NCBI GenBank assembly: GCA_965277715.1
Contig: OZ255836.1
Location: forward strand, 1,376,001 to 1,440,000
DNA from: Gammaproteobacteria bacterium
Lineage (GTDB): Bacteria; Pseudomonadota; Gammaproteobacteria; JBCCGL01
Direction of reading: 5' to 3'
Length of the DNA stretch: 64,000 bases
Shown: in pieces, positions 20,929-30,083 of the stretch
Layout of the letters: every line of letters starts with the position of its first letter
Numbering within the stretch: the first letter of the stretch is position 1
Program-made: the position numbers and the translations under genes
Notes under the pieces: model-generated
Seen by the model: only the letters and a program-made list of their open reading frames with translations
Databases searched by the model: none
What the model was told of the DNA's origin: nothing

Positions 20929-21198
20929 TCAACCCAGCATGTGCGGGATTGAGGCGAACAGATCACGGGTAAAGGTGAGCATTAAATTCAACATCCACGG
21001 CCCCGCGATAAACAGCGTCACCACCATCGCAAACAACTTGGGGATAAAGCTCAGGGTATTTTCGTTAATTTGTGTGGCCGCCTGTAACATGCCCACCAAC
21101 AACCCTACAAATAAAGCGACCAGTAATGCCGGTGCCGCCACCAGGGAGGTTACTTTTAAGGCCTGCTGGCCAATATCGATAACAAGGTCGGGGGACAT
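20929..21198 (-). CDS. fliQ: Flagellar export protein FliQ
   Basis: QAATQINENTLSFIPKL. Confidence 0.96.
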   Translation of the reverse strand: MSPDLVIDIGQQALKVTSLVAAPALLVALFVGLLVGMLQAATQINENTLSFIPKLFAMVVTLFIAGPWMLNLMLTFTRDLFASIPHMLG

Positions 21199-21205
21199 AA
21201 TTATC

Positions 21206-21967
21206 TCAGGGCACGATGCCGAAAAAGCTCGACGCCAGGGTGCCAATAATCAGCGCCCATCCATCCACCAGGACAAATAACATAATTTTAAACGGCAGCG
21301 AAATAACCAGCGGCGACAGCATCATCATGCCCATCGACATCAACATACTGGCGACTACCAGATCGATCACCACAAAGGGAATAAAAATAATAAAGCCAAT
21401 TTCAAACGCCGTTTTTAATTCACTGGTTAAGAAGGCGGGCATCAAAATAGAAAAGGGGGTGTTATCAGGGGTATCGATCTGCCCGGCACCGGAAATACGT
21501 GCAAACAACGCGATATCATCCTCACGGGTCTGCTCCATCATAAACTGGCGCACAGGTATCGAGGCGCGTTCCAACGCCTGCTGTTCAGAAATTTTGTCAT
21601 CGAGGTAGGGCGCTAATGCCTGTGTGTACACCTCATCGGCCACTGGCGTCATAATAAAAATAGTCAGAAACAATGCGAGGCCAAGCAGTATCTGATTTGA
21701 TGGGGTTTGTTGCGTGCCCAGTGCCTGGCGCAAAATAGCCAAAACAATAATCACCCGGGTAAATGACGTCATCGCCAATAACATGGCGGGCAATAGCGTC
21801 AACACGGTCATCAACGCCACTATTTGCAATGTCAGTGTATACGTCTGGCCGCCATCCTTGCCGGTCTCGACTGCCAGTGCCGGTAACCCGGCGGGTGCCG
21901 ATACCGCATCTCCCATCAATAGCGCCAATAAACCGGCTGAAGAAAATAAGGTCCCGATTAATTTCAC
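21206..21967 (-). CDS. fliP: Flagellar export protein FliP
   Basis: [34 protein letters not shown]. Confidence 0.97.
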   Translation of the reverse strand: MKLIGTLFSSAGLLALLMGDAVSAPAGLPALAVETGKDGGQTYTLTLQIVALMTVLTLLPAMLLAMTSFTRVIIVLAILRQALGTQQTPSNQILLGLALFLTIFIMTPVADEVYTQALAPYLDDKISEQQALERASIPVRQFMMEQTREDDIALFARISGAGQIDTPDNTPFSILMPAFLTSELKTAFEIGFIIFIPFVVIDLVVASMLMSMGMMMLSPLVISLPFKIMLFVLVDGWALIIGTLASSFFGIVP

Positions 21968-22389
21968 CGCTTTATGCCCTGCTCAATGACGTGTTTCAAT
22001 GCCCCGGAAAATGAAGCGTTCCCATCCGCCAACGCCTCCGCGTGCAACGGTTTTTGCAAAACATGCAAACACACAATATTGCCGGGTGTAACACCCAATA
22101 CCAGTTGCTCCTCACCCAATTGCACCAGCATCACCCGCTCGCGCTGACCAACGGGTAATGTGGCCAGTAACTGGATAGCCGTGCCGTTTCCAGCGGGTGA
22201 TTGCTGCAGCCGTTTTAATCCCCAGACCACAGCCGCTGCTAACATCAGCACCAATAACAAGCCCCCGAACAAACGCAATAAACTTTCGCTGGAGAGTGGG
22301 TCTACCGGGGAAAATACCGCCTTGGTTTCATTGGCTGCGTGTAAAAAAGCAGGCAGAAAAACGCTTGTCAACGCGATTAAAAAACGCAT
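21964..22389 (-). CDS. fliO: Flagellar protein FliO
   Basis: TM helix then [10 protein letters not shown]...LVLGVT; located between fliN and fliP. Confidence 0.92.
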   Translation of the reverse strand: MRFLIALTSVFLPAFLHAANETKAVFSPVDPLSSESLLRLFGGLLLVLMLAAAVVWGLKRLQQSPAGNGTAIQLLATLPVGQRERVMLVQLGEEQLVLGVTPGNIVCLHVLQKPLHAEALADGNASFSGALKHVIEQGIKR

Positions 22390-22400
22390 TATCGAATCGA

Positions 22401-22880
22401 CTAGGAGCGCAGGTTTTTTATGCGTTCGACCGGGCTGACAACATCGGTCAGACGAATGCCAAACTTCTCGTTAACCACGACCACTTCACCGTGGGCGACC
22501 AGCGTGCCGTTGACCATCACATCGAGGTGTTCACCTGCCATTCTGTCCAGCTCAACGACCGATCCCTGATTGAGCTGTAAGAGGTTTCTAATCGTAATTT
22601 TAGTGTGGCCAATTTCCATCGAAATATTCAGCGGCACATCTAAAATAACATCCAGATTCACATCGCTGTTGTTTGGCATAATGCCGTTATTGGAAAATGT
22701 TTCCAGCGCTGCCGCCTCGGGTTGTTGCGGTGAAGCCTGCTGTTGTGCTGGCTTCACCGTATCGCCCGGCGGTGCTGATGTTACGTCGGCTGCGGCTGCA
22801 CTTTGCTCCTGCAGCGCCTCATCCCAGGGATCTTCTGCCGGTGCTTCCTCGTCTTGTGGGTTTTCTGTGTTTTCACTCAT
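22401..22880 (-). CDS. fliN: Flagellar motor switch protein FliN
   Basis: DPWDEAL, ILDVP, LNQGSVVELD, GEVVVVNEKFGIR. Confidence 0.96.
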   Translation of the reverse strand: MSENTENPQDEEAPAEDPWDEALQEQSAAAADVTSAPPGDTVKPAQQQASPQQPEAAALETFSNNGIMPNNSDVNLDVILDVPLNISMEIGHTKITIRNLLQLNQGSVVELDRMAGEHLDVMVNGTLVAHGEVVVVNEKFGIRLTDVVSPVERIKNLRS

Positions 22881-22900
22881 GGGAGTTTCCATAATGGCTA

Positions 22901-23986
22901 TTAAAAATTCGAGATGCTTTTATCCGCCTCGACAGGTAAATTCACCGGTGCTTCGCTACACTCATCAGATAGCTGTGGAGCCGGTGTATTATTAACCGCT
23001 AACACCAGTGGGTTAACCTGCATAAAGCGCTCTACTTTCAGCGCCACCCTACCGTTAGACTGACCATAACTACCGCGCATCAAAGCAATATTTTCAATCA
23101 TGGTTTTAATCAGCCCCGGCTTATCGATGGGAATAATATCCCCAGACTTTAATGAGGCCAGTTTCCTGACATCCATTTTCACTTCGGTCAGAATACATTT
23201 CATTTCCACCTCGGCGCTGTATAACTCTTGTCGCAATAACATTTCCCAGCGCCTGTCTTTATCTGAGTGATCATTTTGAATACCACGGTCGAGTAATTCA
23301 CGGATGGGCTCGACCATTGAATATGGCAGTGTAATTTGAAATAAACCGCCGCCGCCATCCAGCTCAATACGAAAACTATTGACAATAACAATTTCGCTGG
23401 CGCGCACAATTTGTGCCATGTGGGGGTTAATTTCGTGGTTCATATACTCCATATTTAACGCTTTCACTGGTTTCCAGGAAGATTGGTAATCTTCAAATAC
23501 TGCGTCTGCAATCATACGGATTACGCGTAACTCAGTAGTGGTAAAATCGCGCCCTTCGATTTTATTGTAATAGCGTCCCGTACCGCCAAAGAAATTATCC
23601 ACCAGTGTAAAAATAAGCTTGGGGTCAATCATTATCAGTGCCGTGCCACGCAGTGGATTAACATGAATTAAACTCAGGCTGGTTGGCACCAGCAAGCCTT
23701 GCGTATAATCCCCAAATTTCACCATTTTTACATCTTCGAGTGTCACCTCCGCAGGGCGTCTCACCATATTAAACAAGCTAACCCGGAAATAGCGAATAAA
23801 GCGCTCGTTAATCATTTCCAAGGTGGGTAAACGCCCACGGACAAGCTGTTCCTGGCTGGTTAAATCATAGGGTGTAAAGTCATTATCTTCATCGGGAAAA
23901 TCGGTGCCTGATTCAACATCACCATTGTCGACACCGTGTAACAATGCATCGATTTCATCCTGATTTAAAACATCATTGCTAGGCAT
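22901..23986 (-). CDS. fliM: Flagellar motor switch protein FliM
   Basis: LNQDEIDALL CheY-binding peptide, RGRLPTLEMINERF, FFGGTG. Confidence 0.96.
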   Translation of the reverse strand: MPSNDVLNQDEIDALLHGVDNGDVESGTDFPDEDNDFTPYDLTSQEQLVRGRLPTLEMINERFIRYFRVSLFNMVRRPAEVTLEDVKMVKFGDYTQGLLVPTSLSLIHVNPLRGTALIMIDPKLIFTLVDNFFGGTGRYYNKIEGRDFTTTELRVIRMIADAVFEDYQSSWKPVKALNMEYMNHEINPHMAQIVRASEIVIVNSFRIELDGGGGLFQITLPYSMVEPIRELLDRGIQNDHSDKDRRWEMLLRQELYSAEVEMKCILTEVKMDVRKLASLKSGDIIPIDKPGLIKTMIENIALMRGSYGQSNGRVALKVERFMQVNPLVLAVNNTPAPQLSDECSEAPVNLPVEADKSISNF

Positions 23987-23992
23987 CAGTTT

Positions 23993-24589
23993 TTATTGCA
24001 TCACAAACTTAGTGAAAAAAACTTTATCTATTCGCATCGTGCCATCCACTGAGTTTTCCTGAATAATCCGTTCTACTTCATCGAGCACCTCTTTTCGTAG
24101 GTTTTCCTTACCTTCTGATGTTGATAGTTCTTCAATCGATTTTCTACCAATCATTAAAATAATATTATTGCGAATAATGGGTTTGTTTTCCTCAACGGCC
24201 TCTTCGGTATCACTGAAATACGTCAGAATAGAGATAGCGATCTGTACAAATCGCGTGGCGCCGTCATCTTCCAGGTTGATTGTAAAATCGGGGTCCAGAT
24301 CGACATAGCGTGGATCTTCTTTTCGAACACGTTTTGCCGCTTCGACCTCTTCAACTTCAGGCGCTTCACTGGCCGCTTCTTCCGCCATTTCCCCGGTAGC
24401 CGCACCACCGAGAAAAAAGAATGCAGCGCCGCCACCCGCACCGCCTAATACAAGCAGAGCCAGCAGGATAATAATAATCAGTTTCTTTTTTCCACCACCC
24501 GCATTTTCCTCGACTGGAGCCTCGGCACTTTTCTTACCTTTTTTATCTTTTTTTACTTTATTTTTCTTTGCTTGTTCTTTCTTTGCCAT
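23993..24589 (-). CDS. fliL: Flagellar basal body protein FliL
   Basis: Lys-rich N-terminus, TM helix, FTINL, EGKENLR, VFFTKFVMQ. Confidence 0.93.
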   Translation of the reverse strand: MAKKEQAKKNKVKKDKKGKKSAEAPVEENAGGGKKKLIIIILLALLVLGGAGGGAAFFFLGGAATGEMAEEAASEAPEVEEVEAAKRVRKEDPRYVDLDPDFTINLEDDGATRFVQIAISILTYFSDTEEAVEENKPIIRNNIILMIGRKSIEELSTSEGKENLRKEVLDEVERIIQENSVDGTMRIDKVFFTKFVMQ

Positions 24590-24641
24590 TATCGCTTCCC
24601 AAAAACGCATTCGAGTTAACTGTTTTGCAGAAACCCTCTAC

Positions 24642-24657
24642 AGCAAGTAGCGTGCCC
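24642..24657 (-). promoter_or_regulatory. Sigma54 (-24/-12) promoter of the fliL operon
   Basis: Minus strand GGGCACGCTACTTGCT matches TGGCACG-N4-TTGC with exact GG-N10-GC spacing, about 55 bp upstream of fliL. Confidence 0.85.
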
Positions 24658-24797
24658 GCTTTTTTGGGGGGAATGTATTGCTTATAATCAATAAGATATG
24701 ACGTGACGAAAGATGAGCGCCATTTACTTGACCTAAGTGTCAAAATTGGACGTTAGGGATGGGGTGGTGTTTGGTTATTTGGTTTCGTTGTTGACCC

Positions 24798-24835
24798 CCC
24801 CCCGACTCCTCTTCGGATAAAGAGGAGTCGGGGGG
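24798..24835. repeat. REP-like hairpin, family C (16-bp perfect stem); may also terminate grxD transcription
   Basis: ccccccgactcctctt-cggata-aagaggagtcgggggg; related degenerate copies at 28156..28255. Confidence 0.75.
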
Positions 24836-24948
24836 TTTACTGGCAGTGACGCCACGCCCAATCAAGCGCTGATTTAGTGGCCTTTTGAGGTAGTCCCTTT
24901 GAGGGTGTGTTGGTGTGCTGCCAGCGAGTCAGGTGCTGGCGTATGATG

Positions 24949-25272
24949 CTACGCGGCTTTGTCTACTGCCGCCTGTACCATGTTTTTCAGTTCGCCGGTT
25001 TCAGCCATTTCCAGGGTAATGTCACACCCACCCACCAGTTCGCCTTCGATATAAAGTTGTGGGAAGGTTGGCCAGTCGGCGTAGCGCGGCAGGTTTTCAA
25101 AAATTTCCGGGTCGGCGATGACGTTGCACCAGGCAAATTCGCGTTCGCAGGATTTTAATGCCGCCGCTGTGCGGCTGCTGAATCCACACATGGGCATTTG
25201 TGGGGTACCTTTGATAAACAGGGCGACCGGGTTGCTTTCGACAAATTCTTTGATGCGTTCTAAGGGTTCCAT
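24949..25272 (-). CDS. grxD: Monothiol glutaredoxin Grx4
   Basis: KGTPQMPMCGFS, WPTFPQLY, GGCD. Confidence 0.96.
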   Translation of the reverse strand: MEPLERIKEFVESNPVALFIKGTPQMPMCGFSSRTAAALKSCEREFAWCNVIADPEIFENLPRYADWPTFPQLYIEGELVGGCDITLEMAETGELKNMVQAAVDKAA

Positions 25273-25410
25273 TGGGGTTCTCGTTTGGGTTGGTTAGACG
25301 GTGGAATTATACAACATGAGGCGTTGGGGCCACCACTCTCATCAACTCAAGCCACTACATGCCGAATGTTGTTTTCATTGGTAGCTGAATAACTACTCAT
25401 TTAATTATCA

Positions 25411-27195
25411 TCACACTGTATCCACATGCAATTGCAGCCACAATTCCAACAACGCCGCATGCCACAGTTTGCTGCCTTGCAGGCGGGTGAGGTATTGATC
25501 CGGGGCGGCCAGGAGTGTGTCTATGTAGCGACGCTGGTAGAGGCCACGGTTGCGGGCGGCCTGCGAGGTTAAGATATCACGCATAAAATCCAGGAATTCT
25601 CCGCGCACGTATTTTAACGCGGGCACGGGAAAATAGCCTTTTGGGCGGTCGATGACTTTGTCTGGCACTAGCCCTCTGGCAATCTTTTTCAAGGGATATT
25701 TACCCCCGTCACGCAGTTTTAAATCCGGCGGCATTTGCGCCGCCAGCTCGACCAGTTCGTGATCGAGAAACGGGACGCGTGCCTCCAGCCCCCAGGCCAT
25801 GGTCATGTTGTCGACACGTTTCACCGGGTCGTCGACAATCAGGGTGGTGACATCGAGATGCAATACGCGATCCAGGTATTCATCGGCTTCGATATCGTTG
25901 AGCCGCGCTTCAATCAGTTCACTGGTGACATCTGAGCCGGTGTGGTGGTGTGGGTCGATAAAGGTCAGCCACTCGCTGTGTTCGCGGTCGAAGTATCGCT
26001 GCGAGAAACGTTGCAGCATTGGCTCGCCCTGCGCGGCGTGCATGTGCGGATACCAAAAGTAACCGGCAAATACTTCATCGGCACCCTGCCCACTTTGCAC
26101 GACTTTAACTTCCTGCGATACCTGCTCAGACAGGAGGTAAAACGCCACGGCATCCTGGCCGAACATGGGCTCAGACATGGCCGCCACCGCTTCAGGTACA
26201 CGCGGAATCAAGGCGTCATTGCCGACAAAAAACTGGTGGTGGTCGGTGGCAAACTTTTCCACCACCGGGTCAGAGTATTCGAATTCGCTGCCCTTTTCTT
26301 CGGGCTGGTCATCAAACCCTACGGTGAATGTCTTCAGGTCAGTGGCACCGGCTTCTGCCAGCAACCCGACCAGCAGGCTCGAATCCAGGCCGCCAGAGAG
26401 CAATACACCCACGGGAACGTCGGCAATGTCGAGCCGCCGCTTTACCGCTGTGCGCAACGCGCTGTGTACGGCTTCGATCCACTCCTGCTCACTGCGTGCC
26501 TTATCGGGGCGGCGCGCACTGAGCTGCCAGTAGGCATGCTCGTGCCAGGCTGCATTGACCTTGATGCTGACGCTGTGTGCCGGTTGTACTTTGCGCACCC
26601 CACGCAGTAGCGTGCGTGGCGCGGGAACGACGGCATGCAGGGTGAATTGGTGGTGGAGGGCATTCGCGTCGATACGGGTGTCTATGCCGCCTGCCGCGAG
26701 TAATGCCTGCGGTGTCGAGGCAAAGCGCACACGCTGTTGATCCAGGGTGTAGTACAGGGGTTTGATCCCCATGCGGTCACGCGCCATAAACAGGCGCTGT
26801 TTCTGCGCATCCCAAATGGCAAAGGCAAACATGCCGTTTAAACGGGCGACACAGCCATCGCCCCACTCGGCATAGGCTTTGAGGATCACTTCAGTATCGC
26901 CACTGGATTTAAACGAATGGCCGCGCTGGCGCAGTTGTTCACGCAGCGCGGGATAGTTGTAGATGCTGCCGTTGAATACGATGGCCAGGTGGTTTGTGTC
27001 GTCTAGCATGGGTTGATGCGCCCGCTCAGACAAGTCGATAATCGACAGTCGCCGATGGCCCAGCGCGACTGGCCCATCGACATGGCTACCGGCATCGTCC
27101 GGGCCACGCTTGGCCAATGCCGCCACCATACGCGCCAGCGCGTCACGGTCAGGGGTTTGACCATCAAATCTCAGTTCGCCACAAATACCACACAT
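25411..27195 (-). CDS. Asparagine-synthase-like glutamine amidotransferase, N-acetylglutaminylglutamine amidotransferase type
   Basis: Ntn N-terminus MCGICGELRFDG, LSGGLDSS, SGQGADE, VDDPVKRVDNMTMAWGLEARVPFLD. Confidence 0.85.
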   Translation of the reverse strand: MCGICGELRFDGQTPDRDALARMVAALAKRGPDDAGSHVDGPVALGHRRLSIIDLSERAHQPMLDDTNHLAIVFNGSIYNYPALREQLRQRGHSFKSSGDTEVILKAYAEWGDGCVARLNGMFAFAIWDAQKQRLFMARDRMGIKPLYYTLDQQRVRFASTPQALLAAGGIDTRIDANALHHQFTLHAVVPAPRTLLRGVRKVQPAHSVSIKVNAAWHEHAYWQLSARRPDKARSEQEWIEAVHSALRTAVKRRLDIADVPVGVLLSGGLDSSLLVGLLAEAGATDLKTFTVGFDDQPEEKGSEFEYSDPVVEKFATDHHQFFVGNDALIPRVPEAVAAMSEPMFGQDAVAFYLLSEQVSQEVKVVQSGQGADEVFAGYFWYPHMHAAQGEPMLQRFSQRYFDREHSEWLTFIDPHHHTGSDVTSELIEARLNDIEADEYLDRVLHLDVTTLIVDDPVKRVDNMTMAWGLEARVPFLDHELVELAAQMPPDLKLRDGGKYPLKKIARGLVPDKVIDRPKGYFPVPALKYVRGEFLDFMRDILTSQAARNRGLYQRRYIDTLLAAPDQYLTRLQGSKLWHAALLELWLQLHVDTV

Positions 27196-27240
27196 AAGCC
27201 GATACAGTCTGTTGTTAGGAGGAATGGGTTAGTTTTAGGG

Positions 27241-28059
27241 TTATCGATTCAGGTGCAGTGGAATAAATCCCGGCTCACCTTCGATGCGGTAGTCGTTAAT
27301 CAAGACTTGCCCCTCGGCAGATTTCAGCCAGTCAATCAGCATCTGGGCGCCCTCAGCATTGACGTGCGGGTGGCGCTGTGGATTGACACCGATCACCGAG
27401 TAGGGGTTGTATAAGGGCGGATCAGATAAAAACAACTCTACCAGGTGGGTTTGCCTGCGCAGTTTTAACCAGGTGCCGCGATCAACCAGGGTGTACGCAC
27501 CCAGTTCGCCCGCAATCTGCAACACCTTGCCCATGCCCTGCCCCGCTTCACGATACCAGGTGCCAGTGGGCGATACACCCGACATATTCCAAATTGCCAG
27601 CTCGCGCTTATGCGTACCGGAATCATCGCCACGCGATAGGAACAGCGCCCCGGTTGTGTGAATGTTCTGCAAGGCCTGCGGCGCCGAGGGTGTGTTTTTG
27701 ATGTTTGCAGGATCGGTGGCCGGGCCGACAATCAGGAAGTAATTGAACATAATTTCTTCGCGCTTGAGGCCAAATCCGTCGGCGACAAATTTCTCCTCTG
27801 CCGGTTTGGCGTGCACCATCAATACATCGACATCACCGCGCTCACCGAGTCGCAGCGCCTTGCCGGTGCCCACAGCAATGGTGTGCACCGACAAAGCATG
27901 GCGCTTTTCAAATACCGGTAATAACACATCGAGTAATCCGGAGTTTTCCGTGCTGGTGGTGGTGGCCAATCGCAGTACTGCATCGGCCGAAACGGGGTTA
28001 TTCGCTACACTAAATACTAATGCCAATGAGGTGATGACAGGTAAAACGGTTTTTTTCAA
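27241..28059 (-). CDS. tupA: Tungstate ABC transporter substrate-binding protein
   Basis: ATTTSTENSGLL, AVGTGKAL, SRGDDSGTH; TTG start with GAGG Shine-Dalgarno and a signal peptide. Confidence 0.87.
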   Translation of the reverse strand: MKKTVLPVITSLALVFSVANNPVSADAVLRLATTTSTENSGLLDVLLPVFEKRHALSVHTIAVGTGKALRLGERGDVDVLMVHAKPAEEKFVADGFGLKREEIMFNYFLIVGPATDPANIKNTPSAPQALQNIHTTGALFLSRGDDSGTHKRELAIWNMSGVSPTGTWYREAGQGMGKVLQIAGELGAYTLVDRGTWLKLRRQTHLVELFLSDPPLYNPYSVIGVNPQRHPHVNAEGAQMLIDWLKSAEGQVLINDYRIEGEPGFIPLHLNR

Positions 28060-28155
28060 AGCACCCTCGCCGGTAATGTGAACACTTCTGTGTGTATTAT
28101 TGCAGCCTATGACAAATTTAAACATGCTATTTATGGGTTTATTGCCTAAGGCGTG

Positions 28156-28255
28156 CCCCCCGGCTCTCTCTTTGGCAAAGCGGGGGAATGACTTCGATAA
28201 GGTAAATGTTGGCACCCGCTCCCCCTCTTTTGATAAACGAGGGGGTTGGGGGGTG
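28156..28255. repeat. Two degenerate family C REP-like hairpins
   Basis: ccccccggctctctctttggcaaagcggggg and ccccctcttttgataaacgagggggttgggggg. Confidence 0.6.
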
Positions 28256-28289
28256 TTTAAACCTAAATTCCGCAGTTGAATCTACTGCG
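28256..28289. repeat. Truncated inverted copy of the family B palindrome
   Basis: tttaaacctaaattccgcagttgaatctactgcg is nearly identical to the reverse complement of 3692..3732. Confidence 0.8.
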
Positions 28290-28294
28290 CCGAC

Positions 28295-29491
28295 TTAACT
28301 CAAGTATTGCCGCTCAAGCCAGAGCCTTAGTTGATGTATGATTTCTGCCCGCCCCGCCTGTGGGTCACGCTGTATAAAACAGGCCAGCATAGCAGCGATC
28401 TGGGGGGTAGCCACCGAATGACCGGAAACCAGTTCATAGCTTGCCCTGGGCGCGAGGGAAAGGGCGTTTCCCGGTGCGTATAGCAGCGATTCTGATTCAC
28501 GGCTGCCAAGCGCTTTAGCTATAAGTGCTTTATTCACGCCCGGTTTACCCACACCATAAGCGTACACAACCCCCGGCTGTAAACTGGGAAAGCGCGCTTT
28601 ATTCGGACGCTGTTCATCGTAGGCAGCGATAACCAGCGTACCCTGTGCCAACAGTTTGACCAGCAGCGCCTCCAATACACGGTCTCTCGGCCCGGTCAGG
28701 CTCAGATTGACGACTTGCGGTCGCAGACCTATAGCCGCCTGTAACGCCAGTGCCAGGGTCAGGGTATTGCAGTGGCCACGGCCCTCGTTGTCCTGCCAAC
28801 AACCGCGCATGTGGTGAACGCGGGCGTGCGGCGCCAAACCCACTACGATGCCACGGTCTTGCGGGTTCGCCGCAATAATACCGAGCACTGCGGTACCGTG
28901 CACTTCGGCCATTCCCTGCCGACCATCGCCGACAAAGTCCTTATAGTACACATGGCTATTGGCCAGGTCGGGGTGTTGCGCATCGGCACCGGTATCGATT
29001 ATCACAATATCGGTATCATCACCACGCTGATCTATATCCGCCAGAAAACGGCTCACCAGTGTCCCCCTGGATGCCGTGCCAGATGATCCAGATTGTAGTT
29101 TATAGGTATTAAACGGCTGCACCCAACTCACCCGGGAGTCGTTTTCCAACGCCATCAACACTGCCCTGGTGGGTTTCCTGATGACAAAACAGTTTACGCC
29201 CAGGCGCTTGAGCGGCCACTCTTTGATAACGCTCAGGTCGTAGTCGCGGATGATCGCTGTCATATCGCGGCGCATAGCGATGAAATCAGAGTGTTCATAC
29301 GCACTGGTGATGTAATCTGTCGACCAGCTACTACCGGTATAACCATAGTGGGCCAAGGGGTCTTTGACGACGACCAGTATCGGCTGTTCCAACTGGCTCA
29401 ATCGAAGATCTTCGCTGTATTGATGGCTGGCGCAACCAGACAACGCAGCCAATACACAGATAAACAGGCAAAATACTAAGCGTACGGACAT
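28295..29491 (-). CDS. S8 subtilisin-like serine protease, lipoprotein
   Basis: Lipobox LSGC; catalytic motifs IIDTG, HGTAV, NLSLTG, SGHSVATP. Confidence 0.88.
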   Translation of the reverse strand: MSVRLVFCLFICVLAALSGCASHQYSEDLRLSQLEQPILVVVKDPLAHYGYTGSSWSTDYITSAYEHSDFIAMRRDMTAIIRDYDLSVIKEWPLKRLGVNCFVIRKPTRAVLMALENDSRVSWVQPFNTYKLQSGSSGTASRGTLVSRFLADIDQRGDDTDIVIIDTGADAQHPDLANSHVYYKDFVGDGRQGMAEVHGTAVLGIIAANPQDRGIVVGLAPHARVHHMRGCWQDNEGRGHCNTLTLALALQAAIGLRPQVVNLSLTGPRDRVLEALLVKLLAQGTLVIAAYDEQRPNKARFPSLQPGVVYAYGVGKPGVNKALIAKALGSRESESLLYAPGNALSLAPRASYELVSGHSVATPQIAAMLACFIQRDPQAGRAEIIHQLRLWLERQYLS

Positions 29492-29504
29492 CGGGTTATC
29501 TCAT

Positions 29505-30083
29505 TTAAGGTTTACGGCGGGGCAGCGCCTGTACCAGCTTAACGCGAGGGTCAGCCAGTAATGCCTTTTCGATAACCTGAAGATCCCCGCCTGATCCAGG
29601 CGCGATATCGATAGCCTGTGCATCTGCATAGTGATAGAGAACGAGCAGATCATACTGTTCACGAATATCGGTCAGCGCGGCTGCGTCCCGGCCAATAATG
29701 CGCAAGGCGTCCACTTCATAGCGCTGTTGTGGGCCAGTAAGTGTGTAGAAGCCTTGGTTCTGTGATGCGGGAAACAGTTGTACTGCCAACATCAGCACAA
29801 ACACAGCCACGACCGGCAGCGCCCACAGCGGCGACCGGAACAAAGCAAATCGCGGGCGCTCTACACGCGACCGTATGCTATCGAAGCTGGGATGGGGCAT
29901 AGGTATCTGGGGCAGCCTGGACACAGCCTTTTTGATGTTGCGCTCAAGGTCGACCAGTTCACGAAACGCCACATCGGTGCCAAGTACCGCCTCGACACGC
30001 TGGCAACTTTGTGCGTCGAGATGGCCATTAAGGTAATCCGCAACCAGATTCTCCAGTGGAGTGTCGTATCGATTGCTATTCAT
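29505..30083 (-). CDS. Putative single-pass anti-sigma factor
   Basis: ATGA overlap with the ECF gene; ASD-like N-terminus LVADYLNGHLD lacking the HxxxCxxC zinc ligands; one TM helix; small periplasmic domain. Confidence 0.78.
   Translation of the reverse strand: MNSNRYDTPLENLVADYLNGHLDAQSCQRVEAVLGTDVAFRELVDLERNIKKAVSRLPQIPMPHPSFDSIRSRVERPRFALFRSPLWALPVVAVFVLMLAVQLFPASQNQGFYTLTGPQQRYEVDALRIIGRDAAALTDIREQYDLLVLYHYADAQAIDIAPGSGGDLQVIEKALLADPRVKLVQALPRRKP

Noticed and set aside
16874-22892. Type III injectisome
   Set aside because: The genes are flagellar, flanked by fliL/fliM, flhF/flhG, fliA and cheYZA.
9403-26610. Long antisense ORFs such as 9403..10026, 19547..20185 and 25942..26610
   Set aside because: They are shadows of well-conserved genes on the opposite strand and have no recognisable motifs.
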